62,378 nucleotides of DNA, filler included, from 3 parts of 3 records of this genome joined end to end with filler, not necessarily neighbours in it; one strand, 5' to 3'; counted from the whole stretch's first letter, positions 29,062 to 41,175 are shown. Translations and numbers: made by a program. Notes: generated by a model not told the origin, from the sequence alone.

Positions 29062-30780
29062 TTAGCTCCGCGTCCCGGCAAATTTCTCCTGCCAGTCTTC
29101 GCGGTCTTCATCGGAGATTTTGGCAAACAAATTGTCGGGGACAACGAATGTATGGCCGGGTGTCAGGGAGGACAGGCAGCCTGCGACATCTTCGGGCCAA
29201 TCAAGCGCGTCAAGCGCCAGAGCCGTGTGCAATTTTCCCGACGTGTCCGGGATGAAGGGTGACGAGAGGCGCGCGTAAAGCCCGATCAGGTTAAGCCCCA
29301 TGCGCACCTGCATCGCGGCCAATTCCGGGTCTTCCTTAAAGGTCGACCAAGGGGCTGCGGATTGCAGATATTCGTTGCCCGCCACCCAGATCGCACGCAG
29401 CGCATTGGCGCCTTTACGCACATCAATGGCGTCCATATGGGTTTGATAATCTGTGACTTTTTCGGTCAAATCGGCAATCAAGGCGCGCTCTTGATCGCCG
29501 TAGTCTCCGCCCATAGGGACCTCTTCGCCAAATTTGGAGCGGCAGAATTTGGTGATGCGCGACACGAAATTGCCCAGCACATCGGCCAAGTCTTTGTTCA
29601 CACTGGATTGGAAATTTTCCCAGGTGAATTCGGAATCAGAGCTTTCGGGCGCATGGGACAACAGCCACCAACGCCAATAGTCCGGGGGGAGGATCGACAG
29701 CGCCTGATCCATGAATACGCCGCGTCCGCGCGAGGTGGAGAATTGCCCGCCATCATAGTTCAGATAGTTGAACGATTTGATGTAATCGACCATCTTCCAC
29801 GGCTCATCCGACCCCAGCATGGTGACGGGGAAGGACAGGGTATGAAACGGCACATTGTCCTTGCCCATGAATTGCACATATCGCACATCATCAGCGCCTT
29901 TGTCGGTGCGCCACCAGCGCTCCCAAGCCGCGTCATCAAGCCCTTGTTTGGCCGCCCATTCGGCGCCACAGGCGATGTATTCGATCGGCGCATCAAACCA
30001 GACGTAGAACACTTTGCCATCCATCCCGGTCCAAGGCGCGCCCTCATATTGCACGGGAACGCCCCAGCTCAGATCACGGGTGATGCCCCGGTCTTGCAAG
30101 CCGTCGCCATCGTTGAGCCATTTTTTGGCAATCGAGGTGGTGAGCACGGGCCAATCGGTTTTGCTGTCGATCCACTCGCTCAATGCGCCGCGCATGTTCG
30201 ATTGTTTGAGATAGAGGTGCTTGGTCGCACGGGTCTCAAGATCGGTCGCGCCCGAAATGGTTGAATGCGGGTTGATCAGATCGGTCGGGTCCAACTGTTT
30301 GGTGCAATTGTCGCATTGGTCGCCGCGTGCAGAGTCGTAGCCGCAGTTGGGGCAGGTGCCTTCAATGTAGCGATCAGGCAAAAAACGCCCGTCGGTGACG
30401 GAATAGACCTGGGTTTCTTCGATCACCTCAATCAACCCGCTTTCGGCCAGTTTGGAGGCCAGATGTTGGGTCAGGATTTTGTTTTGCTCGCTCGACGAAC
30501 GGCCAAAATGGTCAAAGGACAGACGGAACCCCGCAGCGATCTCGGCCTGAATATCATGCATCTCGGCGCAATACTCGGCCACGGGTTTGCCCGCCTTTTG
30601 GGCGGCGATCTCGGCCGGGGTGCCGTGTTCGTCGGTGGCGCAGAGGAACAAAACCTCGTCGCCCCGCGCGCGCCGATAGCGGGCGTAAAGGTCGGCGGGC
30701 AATTGCGAGCCGACAAGGTTGCCGAGGTGCTTGATCCCATTGATATAGGGCAAGGCTGAGGTGATGAGCGTGCGTGCCAT
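29062..30780 (-). CDS. metG: Methionine--tRNA ligase
   Basis: [21 protein letters not shown] knuckles, [17 protein letters not shown]; likely start 30780. Confidence 0.97.
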   Translation of the reverse strand: MARTLITSALPYINGIKHLGNLVGSQLPADLYARYRRARGDEVLFLCATDEHGTPAEIAAQKAGKPVAEYCAEMHDIQAEIAAGFRLSFDHFGRSSSEQNKILTQHLASKLAESGLIEVIEETQVYSVTDGRFLPDRYIEGTCPNCGYDSARGDQCDNCTKQLDPTDLINPHSTISGATDLETRATKHLYLKQSNMRGALSEWIDSKTDWPVLTTSIAKKWLNDGDGLQDRGITRDLSWGVPVQYEGAPWTGMDGKVFYVWFDAPIEYIACGAEWAAKQGLDDAAWERWWRTDKGADDVRYVQFMGKDNVPFHTLSFPVTMLGSDEPWKMVDYIKSFNYLNYDGGQFSTSRGRGVFMDQALSILPPDYWRWWLLSHAPESSDSEFTWENFQSSVNKDLADVLGNFVSRITKFCRSKFGEEVPMGGDYGDQERALIADLTEKVTDYQTHMDAIDVRKGANALRAIWVAGNEYLQSAAPWSTFKEDPELAAMQVRMGLNLIGLYARLSSPFIPDTSGKLHTALALDALDWPEDVAGCLSSLTPGHTFVVPDNLFAKISDEDREDWQEKFAGTRS

Positions 30781-31061
30781 GTGCGTCGTCCGGTCTGTCC
30801 GTTGCAAAGTCTTTAGCCTCTCTAGCGCGGCTGCGGCGAAAGGGCCAGAGGGCAGCGCCTGTTCGCGGGTTTTCGCGCCATTGCGCATGGATATGTCGCA
30901 AAACCGACGTGATCAAAGGGATGCAAAGCGCCTTGGCGAAATCTCTCAGGCCAAGGGCGCGATGATTGATTGCCCTCAGGCGCGAGTACGTTAGGTTGCG
31001 CGCAAACGGGGTTGGCGGCCTGACTGAGTATAGGCCGGACAGAGATAAGGGACATGATGCG

Positions 31062-32102
31062 ATGAAACTGCGCAAAATTGGCAAGAGCGATCTGATGGTG
31101 TCTGAGATTTGTCTCGGGACAATGACTTGGGGCACACAGAATACGATGGAAGAGGGCCACGCCCAGATTGATCGCGCCAAAGAGGTTGGTGTCAATTTTA
31201 TCGACACGGCAGAAATGTACCCGGTCAACCCGGTCCGGGTGGAAACGGCGGGCGATACCGAGGTGATCATTGGCGAATATCTTGCGGCGCGCGGTGGGCG
31301 CGCGGACTGGATCATCGCGAGCAAAATTGCCGGCACCGGCAGTGTCAATAAAGAGGGCATCACCGCCGAAAATCTTGAGGCGCGCCTTGATGCCTCGCTC
31401 AAACGGCTCAAGACCGATTACGTCGATCTCTACCAATTCCATTGGCCCAATCGCGGCTCTTACCATTTCCGCCAAAACTGGGCATTTGACCCCTCGTCGC
31501 AGCCACCGAAAGATCAGGTTTTGGACAACATGCGGGCCGTTCTTGCAAAGATGACGGAGCTGCAGAAGGCTGGCAAGGTGCGCGAATTTGGCACCTCGAA
31601 TGAAAGCGCATGGGGCATGGCGCAATGGTTGCGCTTGGCCGAGGAAATGGGCGCGCCGCGGATGCAGTCGATCCAGAACGAATATTCGCTGATGTGCCGC
31701 CACTATGACCTCGATTTGGGCGAATTGGCGGTGCATGAAGAGGTGACGCTTTTGGCCTATTCGCCGTTGGCCGCCGGGCTTTTGACCGATAAATACAAGG
31801 GCGGCTCTGTGGTGCCGAAAGGATCGCGTCTTGATCTGAATGGCGATCTGGGCGGCCGGGTCAGCCCGCGCGCCTGGCCTGCGGTGGACGCCTATGTCGA
31901 GATCGCGAAAAAACACGGGATCGACCCAACAACCATGGCTGTGGCCTGGACCCTGACCCGTCCGTTTGACACCATGCCGATCATCGGCGCGACCTCTGTG
32001 GAACAGTTGGAAAAGTCTTTGGACGCACGCGATGTGACGCTGTCAAAAGAGCTGCTCAAAGACATCGAAGCGGTCTATAAAGCCCATCCCATGCCTTACT
32101 AA
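31062..32102 (+). CDS. Aldo/keto reductase (Tas-like)
   Basis: CLGTMTWG, FIDTAEMY, LYQFHWP, YSPLAAG. Confidence 0.92.
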   Translation: MKLRKIGKSDLMVSEICLGTMTWGTQNTMEEGHAQIDRAKEVGVNFIDTAEMYPVNPVRVETAGDTEVIIGEYLAARGGRADWIIASKIAGTGSVNKEGITAENLEARLDASLKRLKTDYVDLYQFHWPNRGSYHFRQNWAFDPSSQPPKDQVLDNMRAVLAKMTELQKAGKVREFGTSNESAWGMAQWLRLAEEMGAPRMQSIQNEYSLMCRHYDLDLGELAVHEEVTLLAYSPLAAGLLTDKYKGGSVVPKGSRLDLNGDLGGRVSPRAWPAVDAYVEIAKKHGIDPTTMAVAWTLTRPFDTMPIIGATSVEQLEKSLDARDVTLSKELLKDIEAVYKAHPMPY

Positions 32103-32127
32103 GTGAGGCGCTTCAGGAGATCACATC

Positions 32128-32478
32128 ATGCGGGCTGCTCTTTGGATTGCGCTTGCCACATTTGCCCTTACGGCTTGCCTATCGGATGCGCCGGAGGCGG
32201 GCGGGGGCTATGGGCTTGCGGGGTATGATCCGGGTGCCACATCGCAAAAGGCAGCCTGCGAGGGTCGCGGTGGGGCGTTCAAACCGGGCGGGGCGTCCGG
32301 GGCTTTGGCCTGTTTCATGACGCCGAAAGATGCAGGGAAATCCTGTTCCACATCCTCGGAGTGCAGCACCGGCAATTGTCTGGCGCGCTCGCAAAGCTGC
32401 AGCCCGATCGAGCCGCTGTTTGGCTGTAACGAGCTGCTGGATGCGGAAGGGCGGCGGGTGACATTATGCGTGGAGTGA
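32128..32478 (+). CDS. Cys-rich lipoprotein
   Basis: Lipobox LTAC plus 8 further Cys; AGGAG RBS. Confidence 0.75.
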   Translation: MRAALWIALATFALTACLSDAPEAGGGYGLAGYDPGATSQKAACEGRGGAFKPGGASGALACFMTPKDAGKSCSTSSECSTGNCLARSQSCSPIEPLFGCNELLDAEGRRVTLCVE

Positions 32479-32516
32479 GCCAAAGCCGCGAGTTGCGCGA
32501 TTTGTGCAACTTTCAT

Positions 32517-33026
32517 GTGCGAAACCTCTTGTTTGGTGCTGTTGCTCTGCCCCTGCTTGCGGGATGCGTGACTCCCGGCTCGGCCTTCAAACCCACCGGC
32601 ACACGCAATCCCGAGGTGGCGATGGCCTCTTTGGCCACGTTGGATACGCTGAAATTCTCTGGCCGCTGGTATGAGGTTGAGGCGTTTGTGCCCGACGGCA
32701 AATCCTGCGTCATCGGCGCGGTGACGTTTACCCGGCAAACATCCGGCGATCTGATGGTGACCGAAGGCCCCTGTGCCGATGGCGCGCCGCGTCAGGGGCT
32801 GGCCAAACGGATCGGGCCGGGGCGCTTTGCCTTTGAGGGCGACGAGATTTGGGTGTTTTGGGTCGATGCCGAATATCATGTGGCCGTTATTGGGTCGCCT
32901 TTGGGGGCGGCGCATGTGTTGTCGCGCGAGATGAGCCTGCCGCCGGATCGGCAGCGCGCGGTGCATGAGATTTTGGCGTGGAACGGCTATGACGTGACCC
33001 GGCTGCGACCGGCGCGGCGCAAATAG
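32517..33026 (+). CDS. Lipocalin family lipoprotein
   Basis: Lipobox LAGC, FSGRWYE, WVFWVD, VLSR. Confidence 0.8.
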   Translation: MRNLLFGAVALPLLAGCVTPGSAFKPTGTRNPEVAMASLATLDTLKFSGRWYEVEAFVPDGKSCVIGAVTFTRQTSGDLMVTEGPCADGAPRQGLAKRIGPGRFAFEGDEIWVFWVDAEYHVAVIGSPLGAAHVLSREMSLPPDRQRAVHEILAWNGYDVTRLRPARRK

Positions 33027-33046
33027 GCCTCAAAGGAGGGACAAAG

Positions 33047-33937
33047 ATGCGGATTTTGTTTACGGGTGGCTCAGGCAAGGCCGGGCGGCATGTGGTGCCT
33101 TATCTGGTGGCGCGCGGTCATCGGGTTTTGAACGCCGATCTGGTGCCCTTGGATGCGCCGGGGGTGGACAATCTGACGGTCGATGTGACCGACAGCGGTC
33201 AGGTGTTTAACGCTCTGACATCCTACGCAAATTTCGATGAATTGGAGCCCGGAACAGGGGTGCCAAAATGTGACGCGGTGGTGCATTTCGCCGCCGTGCC
33301 GCGCATCCTTTTGAAACCGGACAATGAAACCTACCGCGTCAATGTGATGAGCACTTATAATGTGCTTGAGGCGGCGGTGAAGCTTGGCATTAAAAAGGTG
33401 ATTTTTGCCTCTTCCGAGACCACATACGGCGTCTGTTTTGCCGATGGGACACGCCGGCCCGAATATCTTCCGGTGGATGAGGATCACCCGGTTGTGCCCG
33501 AGGACAGCTATGCCATGTCCAAGGTTGCCAATGAGGTGACCGCGCGGTCGTTTCAGCGCCGCTCTGGCATCGACATTTACGGCATTCGCATCAACAATGT
33601 GATCGAACCGGATGAATATGAGCGCAATTTCCCGACCTATTTCGAACGCCCGGCCATGCGGGAGCGTAACATTTTTGCCTATATCGACGCGCGCGATTTG
33701 GGGCAGATGGTCGATTTGATGTTGGCGAAAGACGGGTTGGGGTTTGAGATATTCAACGCCGCCAATGATGATCATTCGGTGAACCTGCGCACGCGCGAGA
33801 TTGCCGAACGGTTTTATCCGAATGTGCGGTTTCTGCGCGAGATGGGCGACGATGAGAGTTTTTATTCCAACGAGAAGGCCAAGCGGCTGTTGGGGTTTGC
33901 GCCCAAACACGGTTGGCGGCAGGTCTTGAAACCCTGA
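33047..33937 (+). CDS. NAD-dependent epimerase/dehydratase
   Basis: TGGSGKAG, FASSE, YAMSK. Confidence 0.9.
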   Translation: MRILFTGGSGKAGRHVVPYLVARGHRVLNADLVPLDAPGVDNLTVDVTDSGQVFNALTSYANFDELEPGTGVPKCDAVVHFAAVPRILLKPDNETYRVNVMSTYNVLEAAVKLGIKKVIFASSETTYGVCFADGTRRPEYLPVDEDHPVVPEDSYAMSKVANEVTARSFQRRSGIDIYGIRINNVIEPDEYERNFPTYFERPAMRERNIFAYIDARDLGQMVDLMLAKDGLGFEIFNAANDDHSVNLRTREIAERFYPNVRFLREMGDDESFYSNEKAKRLLGFAPKHGWRQVLKP

Positions 33938-34013
33938 CCCTTCGCATTTGCTGATGGGGGTCCGCAGGATTTTTGACTAGGCGGTTTGAAAAATCCCGCT
34001 TATAGCCCCCTGC

Positions 34014-35372
34014 ATGATGATTGAGCGGACATATATGGAGCATGCGCGCCGGGTTTTGGTGCTGGGTCTGCCATTGGCGGGCAGTCAGCTTGCGCAATTT
34101 GCCGTGCATATGACCGATGTGATCATGATGGGTTGGTACGGTTTGGACGAACTGGCCGCACTGGTCTTGGCTTCGGGCTTTTGGTTCGTGTTGTTCATCC
34201 TCTTGGCAGGGTTTGCCTTTGCCGTGATGCCCTTGGTCGCCACGGCGGCGGGGCGCGGGGATGTGACCATGGTGCGGCGGGCCACGCGGATGGCGATTTG
34301 GCTGTCCATCATTGCCGCCGTGGTGATCTATCCGGTGTTTGGATTTTCCGACGAGGTTTTGATCGCACTCGGGCAACAACCGCATATCGCCGTCATGGCC
34401 AAACCCTATCTGGCGGTCGCGGGGTTTGAAATGATCCCGGCCCTGGTGGTCGCGGTGTTCCGGTCGTATTTCTCGGCGCTGGAGCGCACCCGAGTGGTGT
34501 TGATCGCGGTGATCTGCGCGGTCGGTCTGAACGCGCTGCTCAATTATATGTTGATCTTTGGCGGATTTGGGATGCCGGAACTCGGCGTGTTGGGCTCGGC
34601 CATCGCCTCGCTCATCGTCTCGACATTGATGATGGTGGCGCTGGCGGTGTATGCCAAAATGGCAACGCCCGAAAATGATTTGTTCCGCAACCCGTTTAAA
34701 CCCGATTGGGCGATGTTCAGCACCGTGTTTCGCATGGGGGTGCCCATCGGACTGACCTCGCTGGCAGAGGTCGGGTTGTTCAATGCGGCCGCCTTGATGA
34801 TGGGCTGGATCGGTACGGCGACTTTGGCAGCACATGGGATTGTGCTGCAACTCACCGCCATTGCGTTTATGACCCAGATCGGCTTGTCACAGGCCGGGAC
34901 CATTCGTGCCGGCAACGCCATGGGGCGTGGCGATGAGGCGGATCTGCGCAAAGGGGCGCGGGTGGTTGTGGTGATGTCACTGATGATGGCCGCCGTGTCG
35001 TCGTCTTTGTTCTTATTGTTCCCGGATTTTCTCATCGGCTTGTTCATTGCCCCCGATGAACCAGCGCGCGCGGATGTTTTGGCCATTGGCGGCGTTCTGA
35101 TCGTCTTCGCCGCGATGGTGCAATTCTCGGATGGGGGGCAGGTTGTGGCGCTCTCCTTGCTGCGCGGGGTGCATGACACCGCCGTACCGATGGTATTGGC
35201 AACGATCAGCTATTGGGTCATCGGATTGCCCGTGGCCTACCTGTTCGGCTTTGTCATCGGCTGGGGCGCAGAGGGCGTTTGGATGGGCTTTGTCTTTGGC
35301 CTGACCTCGGCCTGCCTGTTGATGAGCTACCGCTTTTGGGTGCAAAAATCGCGGATTTCGCGCGAGGCCTAA
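34014..35372 (+). CDS. MATE family efflux transporter
   Basis: Many TM helices, TDVIMMG, LAAHGIVLQ, LRGVHDT. Confidence 0.92.
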   Translation: MMIERTYMEHARRVLVLGLPLAGSQLAQFAVHMTDVIMMGWYGLDELAALVLASGFWFVLFILLAGFAFAVMPLVATAAGRGDVTMVRRATRMAIWLSIIAAVVIYPVFGFSDEVLIALGQQPHIAVMAKPYLAVAGFEMIPALVVAVFRSYFSALERTRVVLIAVICAVGLNALLNYMLIFGGFGMPELGVLGSAIASLIVSTLMMVALAVYAKMATPENDLFRNPFKPDWAMFSTVFRMGVPIGLTSLAEVGLFNAAALMMGWIGTATLAAHGIVLQLTAIAFMTQIGLSQAGTIRAGNAMGRGDEADLRKGARVVVVMSLMMAAVSSSLFLLFPDFLIGLFIAPDEPARADVLAIGGVLIVFAAMVQFSDGGQVVALSLLRGVHDTAVPMVLATISYWVIGLPVAYLFGFVIGWGAEGVWMGFVFGLTSACLLMSYRFWVQKSRISREA

Positions 35373-35377
35373 AGCGC

Positions 35378-37008
<1,631 letters not shown>

Positions 37009-37065
37009 CTAAGGGTTTGGCCTAGTGATAGCGCCAAAAAGGGCCGCGCGCCAAGCGTCGCTTGA

Positions 37066-37105
37066 CGATAATCTTGGTATGGGTGCGATAATCTTGATAT
37101 GGGTG
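37066..37105 (+). repeat. 20-bp tandem direct repeat (2 copies, 1 mismatch)
   Basis: CGATAATCTTGGTATGGGTG / CGATAATCTTGATATGGGTG. Confidence 0.9.
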
Positions 37106-37134
37106 CACAAAACGTCACAGAGTTGGAGATCGCC

Positions 37135-37449
37135 ATGCCTCAGTTCAGCCCCAAAAACGCAGTCAAGCCGGTGGGTGAGAGCATTGAAATCCGTCGGAAG
37201 CGGCTCAAAATCCGGGCGTGGCGGCGCGGGATCAAAGAGATGGATCTTTTGATCGGCGGCTATGCGGATGCGCATTTGGCAGACATGGACGCGGCGGCTT
37301 TGGACGAGTTTGAGACGCTGATGGATGAGCATGATCAGGATTTGCTATCCTATGCGACCGGGCTTAAACCCGTGCCGGATCATCTCAAATCCATGTTGGA
37401 GCGGGTGATTGCGGATGCGGATCATCCCTCTTGGGGGCTGATGGGGTAA
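37135..37449 (+). CDS. sdhE: Succinate dehydrogenase assembly factor SdhE
   Basis: RRGIKEMDLL (RGxxE motif); GGAG RBS. Confidence 0.9.
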   Translation: MPQFSPKNAVKPVGESIEIRRKRLKIRAWRRGIKEMDLLIGGYADAHLADMDAAALDEFETLMDEHDQDLLSYATGLKPVPDHLKSMLERVIADADHPSWGLMG

Positions 37450-37597
37450 AAGGTTACCAAACCCTTACCGAAACCCACGCCCTGTCTACGCTATTTTTCA
37501 GCCAATTTGTCGAGATTGGAAAAATTTGTGCTGTTTAACTGAATTTTGGGAAATTCCGGTCAATCTGTCCTTCAAATAGCCTTTGGCGGAGTCACAG

Positions 37598-38095
37598 ATG
37601 AGCATGCATTCAGCATTCGTAAAACCAATCGAAACCCCCTTTATGTCTCAGTACCTTGAGGCATTGTCACTGGTGGAGCGGCTGCATCGCCTGCTTCTGG
37701 ATGTGATCAAGGATGAATTCGAACGGGTCGGCATTTTGGAAATCAACGCGGTTCAGGCGCTTTTGCTGTTCAACGTCGGTGAAAACGAGGTGACCGCCGG
37801 GGAATTGAAAACCCGCGGGTATTATCAGGGCTCAAACGTCTCCTATAACCTCAAAAAGCTGGTGGATATGGGCTATATGCACCATCAGCGCTGTGAAATT
37901 GACCGCCGCTCGGTGCGGGTGAAACTGACCGCCAAGGGCGATCATGTCCGCGTCACCGTGGCGGAGTTGTTTTCACGTCACGCCGAGGGGTTGCAGGGCA
38001 AAGGGGTGATTTCCTCTGCGGGAATCGAAGACATCAACACCTCTTTGCGCCGCGTTGAACGGTATTGGGCCGATCAGATTCGCTATATCTACTGA
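37598..38095 (+). CDS. ldtR: MarR-family regulator, LdtR-like
   Basis: VERLHRLLLDVIKDEF, INAVQALLLFN, RGYYQGSNVSYNLKKL. Confidence 0.8.
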   Translation: MSMHSAFVKPIETPFMSQYLEALSLVERLHRLLLDVIKDEFERVGILEINAVQALLLFNVGENEVTAGELKTRGYYQGSNVSYNLKKLVDMGYMHHQRCEIDRRSVRVKLTAKGDHVRVTVAELFSRHAEGLQGKGVISSAGIEDINTSLRRVERYWADQIRYIY

Positions 38096-38114
38096 ACGGG
38101 AGTCGTCAGACAGG

Positions 38115-38867
38115 TCAATTTTGACCGTTTTGATCGGGCAGAATGTCCAACCAGACGATTGTAAGTGTTTGTAATTCTTTCAAAAGTTTGCGCGTCATCG
38201 CGCGGTCATAGTCGTGATACGACCCGGCGCGTTCGACAAAAGCACCATAACCTTTGATCACCGCCCCTCTGAAATAACGTTCCAAACCATCAAGCTCGCG
38301 GGTGACCGCCGCCGCGTCGGCGGTGTCCGATCCGGTCGAGACAATCAATCCGTTGATCGTCACGTCACTGAGGTTCGGTTCAAACCGCACCCGCTCTGGA
38401 CGAGGCCCCATGTTGGAGCGGCCATCGGCGGAAATATCCAACGTATAGCGCCAACAGCCGGGACGTTCGCTCAACCGTGCTCCACCAAACCGAATGCCTT
38501 CGCCCATGGCGGTGCCCGGCCCATGTGGCACCCGCGTTAAGCTGCGCAATTTGCGTTGCACGTCTTGCAGGTCGTCTTGGCTGCGGATGGCCACCCAAGG
38601 CACCAAATCGCGCGGCGAGGCGTCACCCGCCCACTCGTAGATGGTGATCCAAACCGGCGCGCCCTCGACAGCCAAAAACGCCCGCGTCACCTCGGGGGAG
38701 GCCAAGGCGCGGGCGAGACCTTCGATCTGCAATTGCCACTCACGGGCATCGACCGAGCCAGACACATCCAGCCCCAGCGCCAAAGCCTGCCGACAGGTTT
38801 CGGCCTGCGCCGATCCAGCCGCGATAAACGCAGCGAAACTCGCGCTGAGGAGGGTGGCTTTTACCAA
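38115..38867 (-). CDS. DUF1194 (VWA-like) exported protein
   Basis: Signal peptide, LGLDVSGSV, DISADG, INGL; TTG start overlapping the gloA stop. Confidence 0.82.
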   Translation of the reverse strand: MVKATLLSASFAAFIAAGSAQAETCRQALALGLDVSGSVDAREWQLQIEGLARALASPEVTRAFLAVEGAPVWITIYEWAGDASPRDLVPWVAIRSQDDLQDVQRKLRSLTRVPHGPGTAMGEGIRFGGARLSERPGCWRYTLDISADGRSNMGPRPERVRFEPNLSDVTINGLIVSTGSDTADAAAVTRELDGLERYFRGAVIKGYGAFVERAGSYHDYDRAMTRKLLKELQTLTIVWLDILPDQNGQN

Positions 38868-39283
38868 TGCCCCACACTTTCCATCGACGCCCAAGGCTCT
38901 TTCGGAGCAAGGGCTTCGCCTTTTTGCAAAAGCTCGATCGAAATATTGTCCGGTGAGCGCACAAAGGCCATGTGCCCGTCGCGCGGCGGTCGGTTGATCA
39001 CCACGCCATTGTCCATAAGTGTCTGACAAAGCGCATAAATATCTTCGACTTCATAGGCCAGATGGCCAAAATGGCGGCTGTCTGAGGGCAGGCCCTCGTC
39101 GCCGTCCCAATTGTAGGTCAGTTCCACCGGACACTCTTCCTGTCCCTCGGGGGCCATGAAAATCAACGAAAATCGCCCCGCTTCGCTGTCCATGCGGCGA
39201 ATCTGTCGCAGTCCCAATAACGTGAAAAACGCCATGGTTTTTTCCAAATCCTTCACTCGAACCATCGTGTGCAAATAGCGCAT
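38861..39283 (-). CDS. gloA: Lactoylglutathione lyase / VOC family
   Basis: YLHTMVRV, ELTYNWD, FGHLA, PDNISIEL. Confidence 0.88.
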   Translation of the reverse strand: MRYLHTMVRVKDLEKTMAFFTLLGLRQIRRMDSEAGRFSLIFMAPEGQEECPVELTYNWDGDEGLPSDSRHFGHLAYEVEDIYALCQTLMDNGVVINRPPRDGHMAFVRSPDNISIELLQKGEALAPKEPWASMESVGHW

Positions 39284-39430
39284 TTTGCCTCTCCTTAGTT
39301 TGTTTGGTGCAACTCTAGCCCTTTGTGGGCGCTTTTCCATCCCCTTGCCACAGGTTCCGCCTTGGCTTGCCCCTCTGCGTCAGTAATACTGAGGCCAAAC
39401 TCGCGCCTACTACATCTTGGGGATAATGCC

Positions 39431-40225
39431 GTGCACCAATACCATGACCAGTTGAAAACCATCCTTGCCCATGGCGTTGACACCACCGATCGCACCGGCA
39501 CAGGAACGCGATCCTATTTCGGGCTTCAGGCGCGCTATCCGCTGAGCGACGGGTTTCCCTTGGTCACCACCAAGAAACTCTACCTGCGCGCCATCATTCA
39601 TGAGCTTTTGTGGTTTCTCTCCGGCGACACCAACATCAAATATCTGCGCGACAATAAGGTGACGATTTGGGACGAATGGGCCGATGAAAACGGCGATTTG
39701 GGTCCGGTCTATGGCGCGCAATGGCGCAAATGGCCGGGCGGGGAGCGTGGCACATTCGATCAGATCGCCAATCTTGTCGAGGCAATCAAGAAAACTCCTG
39801 ATTCGCGCCGCCTCATTGTCTCCGCGTGGAATCCCTCTGAGGTCGACAATATGGCGCTGCCGCCCTGTCACACCCTTTGGCAGGTCAAAATCCTGGGTGG
39901 AAAACTGCACCTTCAACTCTACCAACGCTCCGCCGATATGTTCCTCGGCGTGCCGTTCAACATTGCGTCTTATGCGCTTTTGCTGCAAATGCTGGCGCAG
40001 GTGACGGGCTATGAGCCGGGCGATTTCATCCATTCGATCGGTGACGCACATATCTATTCCAACCACATGGAACAGGTCGCATTGCAACTCACGCGGAAGC
40101 CAAAACCGCTGCCGACCATTCGGATCAACCCGGAGGTCAAAAACCTTTTCGATTTTACATATGACGATTTCGAGGTGCTGGATTACGATCCCGATCCCGC
40201 CATCAAAGCTCCGGTTGCAGTCTGA
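39431..40225 (+). CDS. thyA: Thymidylate synthase
   Basis: DRTGTGT, LGPVYG, ALPPCH, YQRSAD, GDAHIY; GTG start. Confidence 0.97.
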   Translation: MHQYHDQLKTILAHGVDTTDRTGTGTRSYFGLQARYPLSDGFPLVTTKKLYLRAIIHELLWFLSGDTNIKYLRDNKVTIWDEWADENGDLGPVYGAQWRKWPGGERGTFDQIANLVEAIKKTPDSRRLIVSAWNPSEVDNMALPPCHTLWQVKILGGKLHLQLYQRSADMFLGVPFNIASYALLLQMLAQVTGYEPGDFIHSIGDAHIYSNHMEQVALQLTRKPKPLPTIRINPEVKNLFDFTYDDFEVLDYDPDPAIKAPVAV

Positions 40226-40235
40226 GGAGTCTCGC

Positions 40236-40709
40236 ATGATCACGCTCATCGCTGCTCGCGACCGCACAGGTGCCATTGGCAAAGACAACACCATCCCATG
40301 GGAAGCGCCGGAAGATTTGCGGTTTTTCATGCGGGAAACCATGGGGGGCGCGGTCATCACGGGGCGCAACACCTGGGAAAGTCTTCCATTTAAGCCTCTG
40401 AAAAATCGTTTGAATATCGTAGTGTCCTCAAAAGGCGTCGATTATGAGCATGTCTTTGCCAGCGTTGAGGAGGCGATCCACTATGCCCGCTCCGAGGGCC
40501 GCGCGCGCATCTACGGCATGGGCGGATCTGGCATCTACTCTGCCATGCTGCCGTTGGCCGACCGTTTGGTGATCACCGAGGTCGACACCGAGGTCGAGGG
40601 CGCGGACACATGGTTTCCGACGTTCGACCCAAACGCGTGGCGCGTAGTGTCGCGGATGGTGCTGCGCGCGGAGGGGCCGAAGTGTGAGGTTGTGGAATGG
40701 ATGCGGTGA
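40236..40709 (+). CDS. folA: Dihydrofolate reductase
   Basis: IGKDNTIPW, GRNTWESL, RLNIVVS, ADTWFP; GAGGAG RBS. Confidence 0.95.
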   Translation: MITLIAARDRTGAIGKDNTIPWEAPEDLRFFMRETMGGAVITGRNTWESLPFKPLKNRLNIVVSSKGVDYEHVFASVEEAIHYARSEGRARIYGMGGSGIYSAMLPLADRLVITEVDTEVEGADTWFPTFDPNAWRVVSRMVLRAEGPKCEVVEWMR

Positions 40710-40863
40710 TTTGGGTCAATGTTGAAAAATGACACCAATGTTGTAAATTTAGAAACAATCGCTCCCCAAACCATCAAATCCTTGCCGCAGTCGCGCAAGC
40801 TGAGTTATCCTTTAAGCATAGAGATTTACGCCCCAATTGGGCTCGTGTTTCGGAGTGTGTAAA

Positions 40864-41175
40864 ATGATGAAAGCCGCGTTGACTGCCGCTGTGATGACCC
40901 TTGGGGCGAGCCCGATGTTTGCCGCGGACACCCAGCCCTATGATCCCGTCGTCAAACATTTCGCCTATGAGAAAAACGTCGAAAACTTCTGTCCCGCAGG
41001 GACGCAGCCGATCCGCTATAATGGCGTGGTGTGTTGCGGTGTGCCGAATGCGACGGGCTATGGCGACGCTCCCGTGAGCCAGCGGCGCTATGTGCCCGCG
41101 ATGGCGACAAACACCACAGATCCGAAATCTCCGAATTATGTGCCGGAGCGAATTTCGATGGGGTCTGGAAGCTAA
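40864..41175 (+). CDS. Small exported hypothetical protein with CPxGxQP...CCG motif
   Basis: Signal peptide, NFCPAGTQPIRYNGVVCCGVPN, followed by a terminator. Confidence 0.7.
   Translation: MMKAALTAAVMTLGASPMFAADTQPYDPVVKHFAYEKNVENFCPAGTQPIRYNGVVCCGVPNATGYGDAPVSQRRYVPAMATNTTDPKSPNYVPERISMGSGS

Noticed and set aside
30880..30990. Possible glycine riboswitch between metG and the aldo/keto reductase (AATCTCTCAGG and a second CTCAGG)
   Set aside because: The GGAGA and CCGAAG core elements are missing, the motif is the loop of a simple hairpin (30928-30960), and the flanking genes do not fit. An Rfam scan would settle it.
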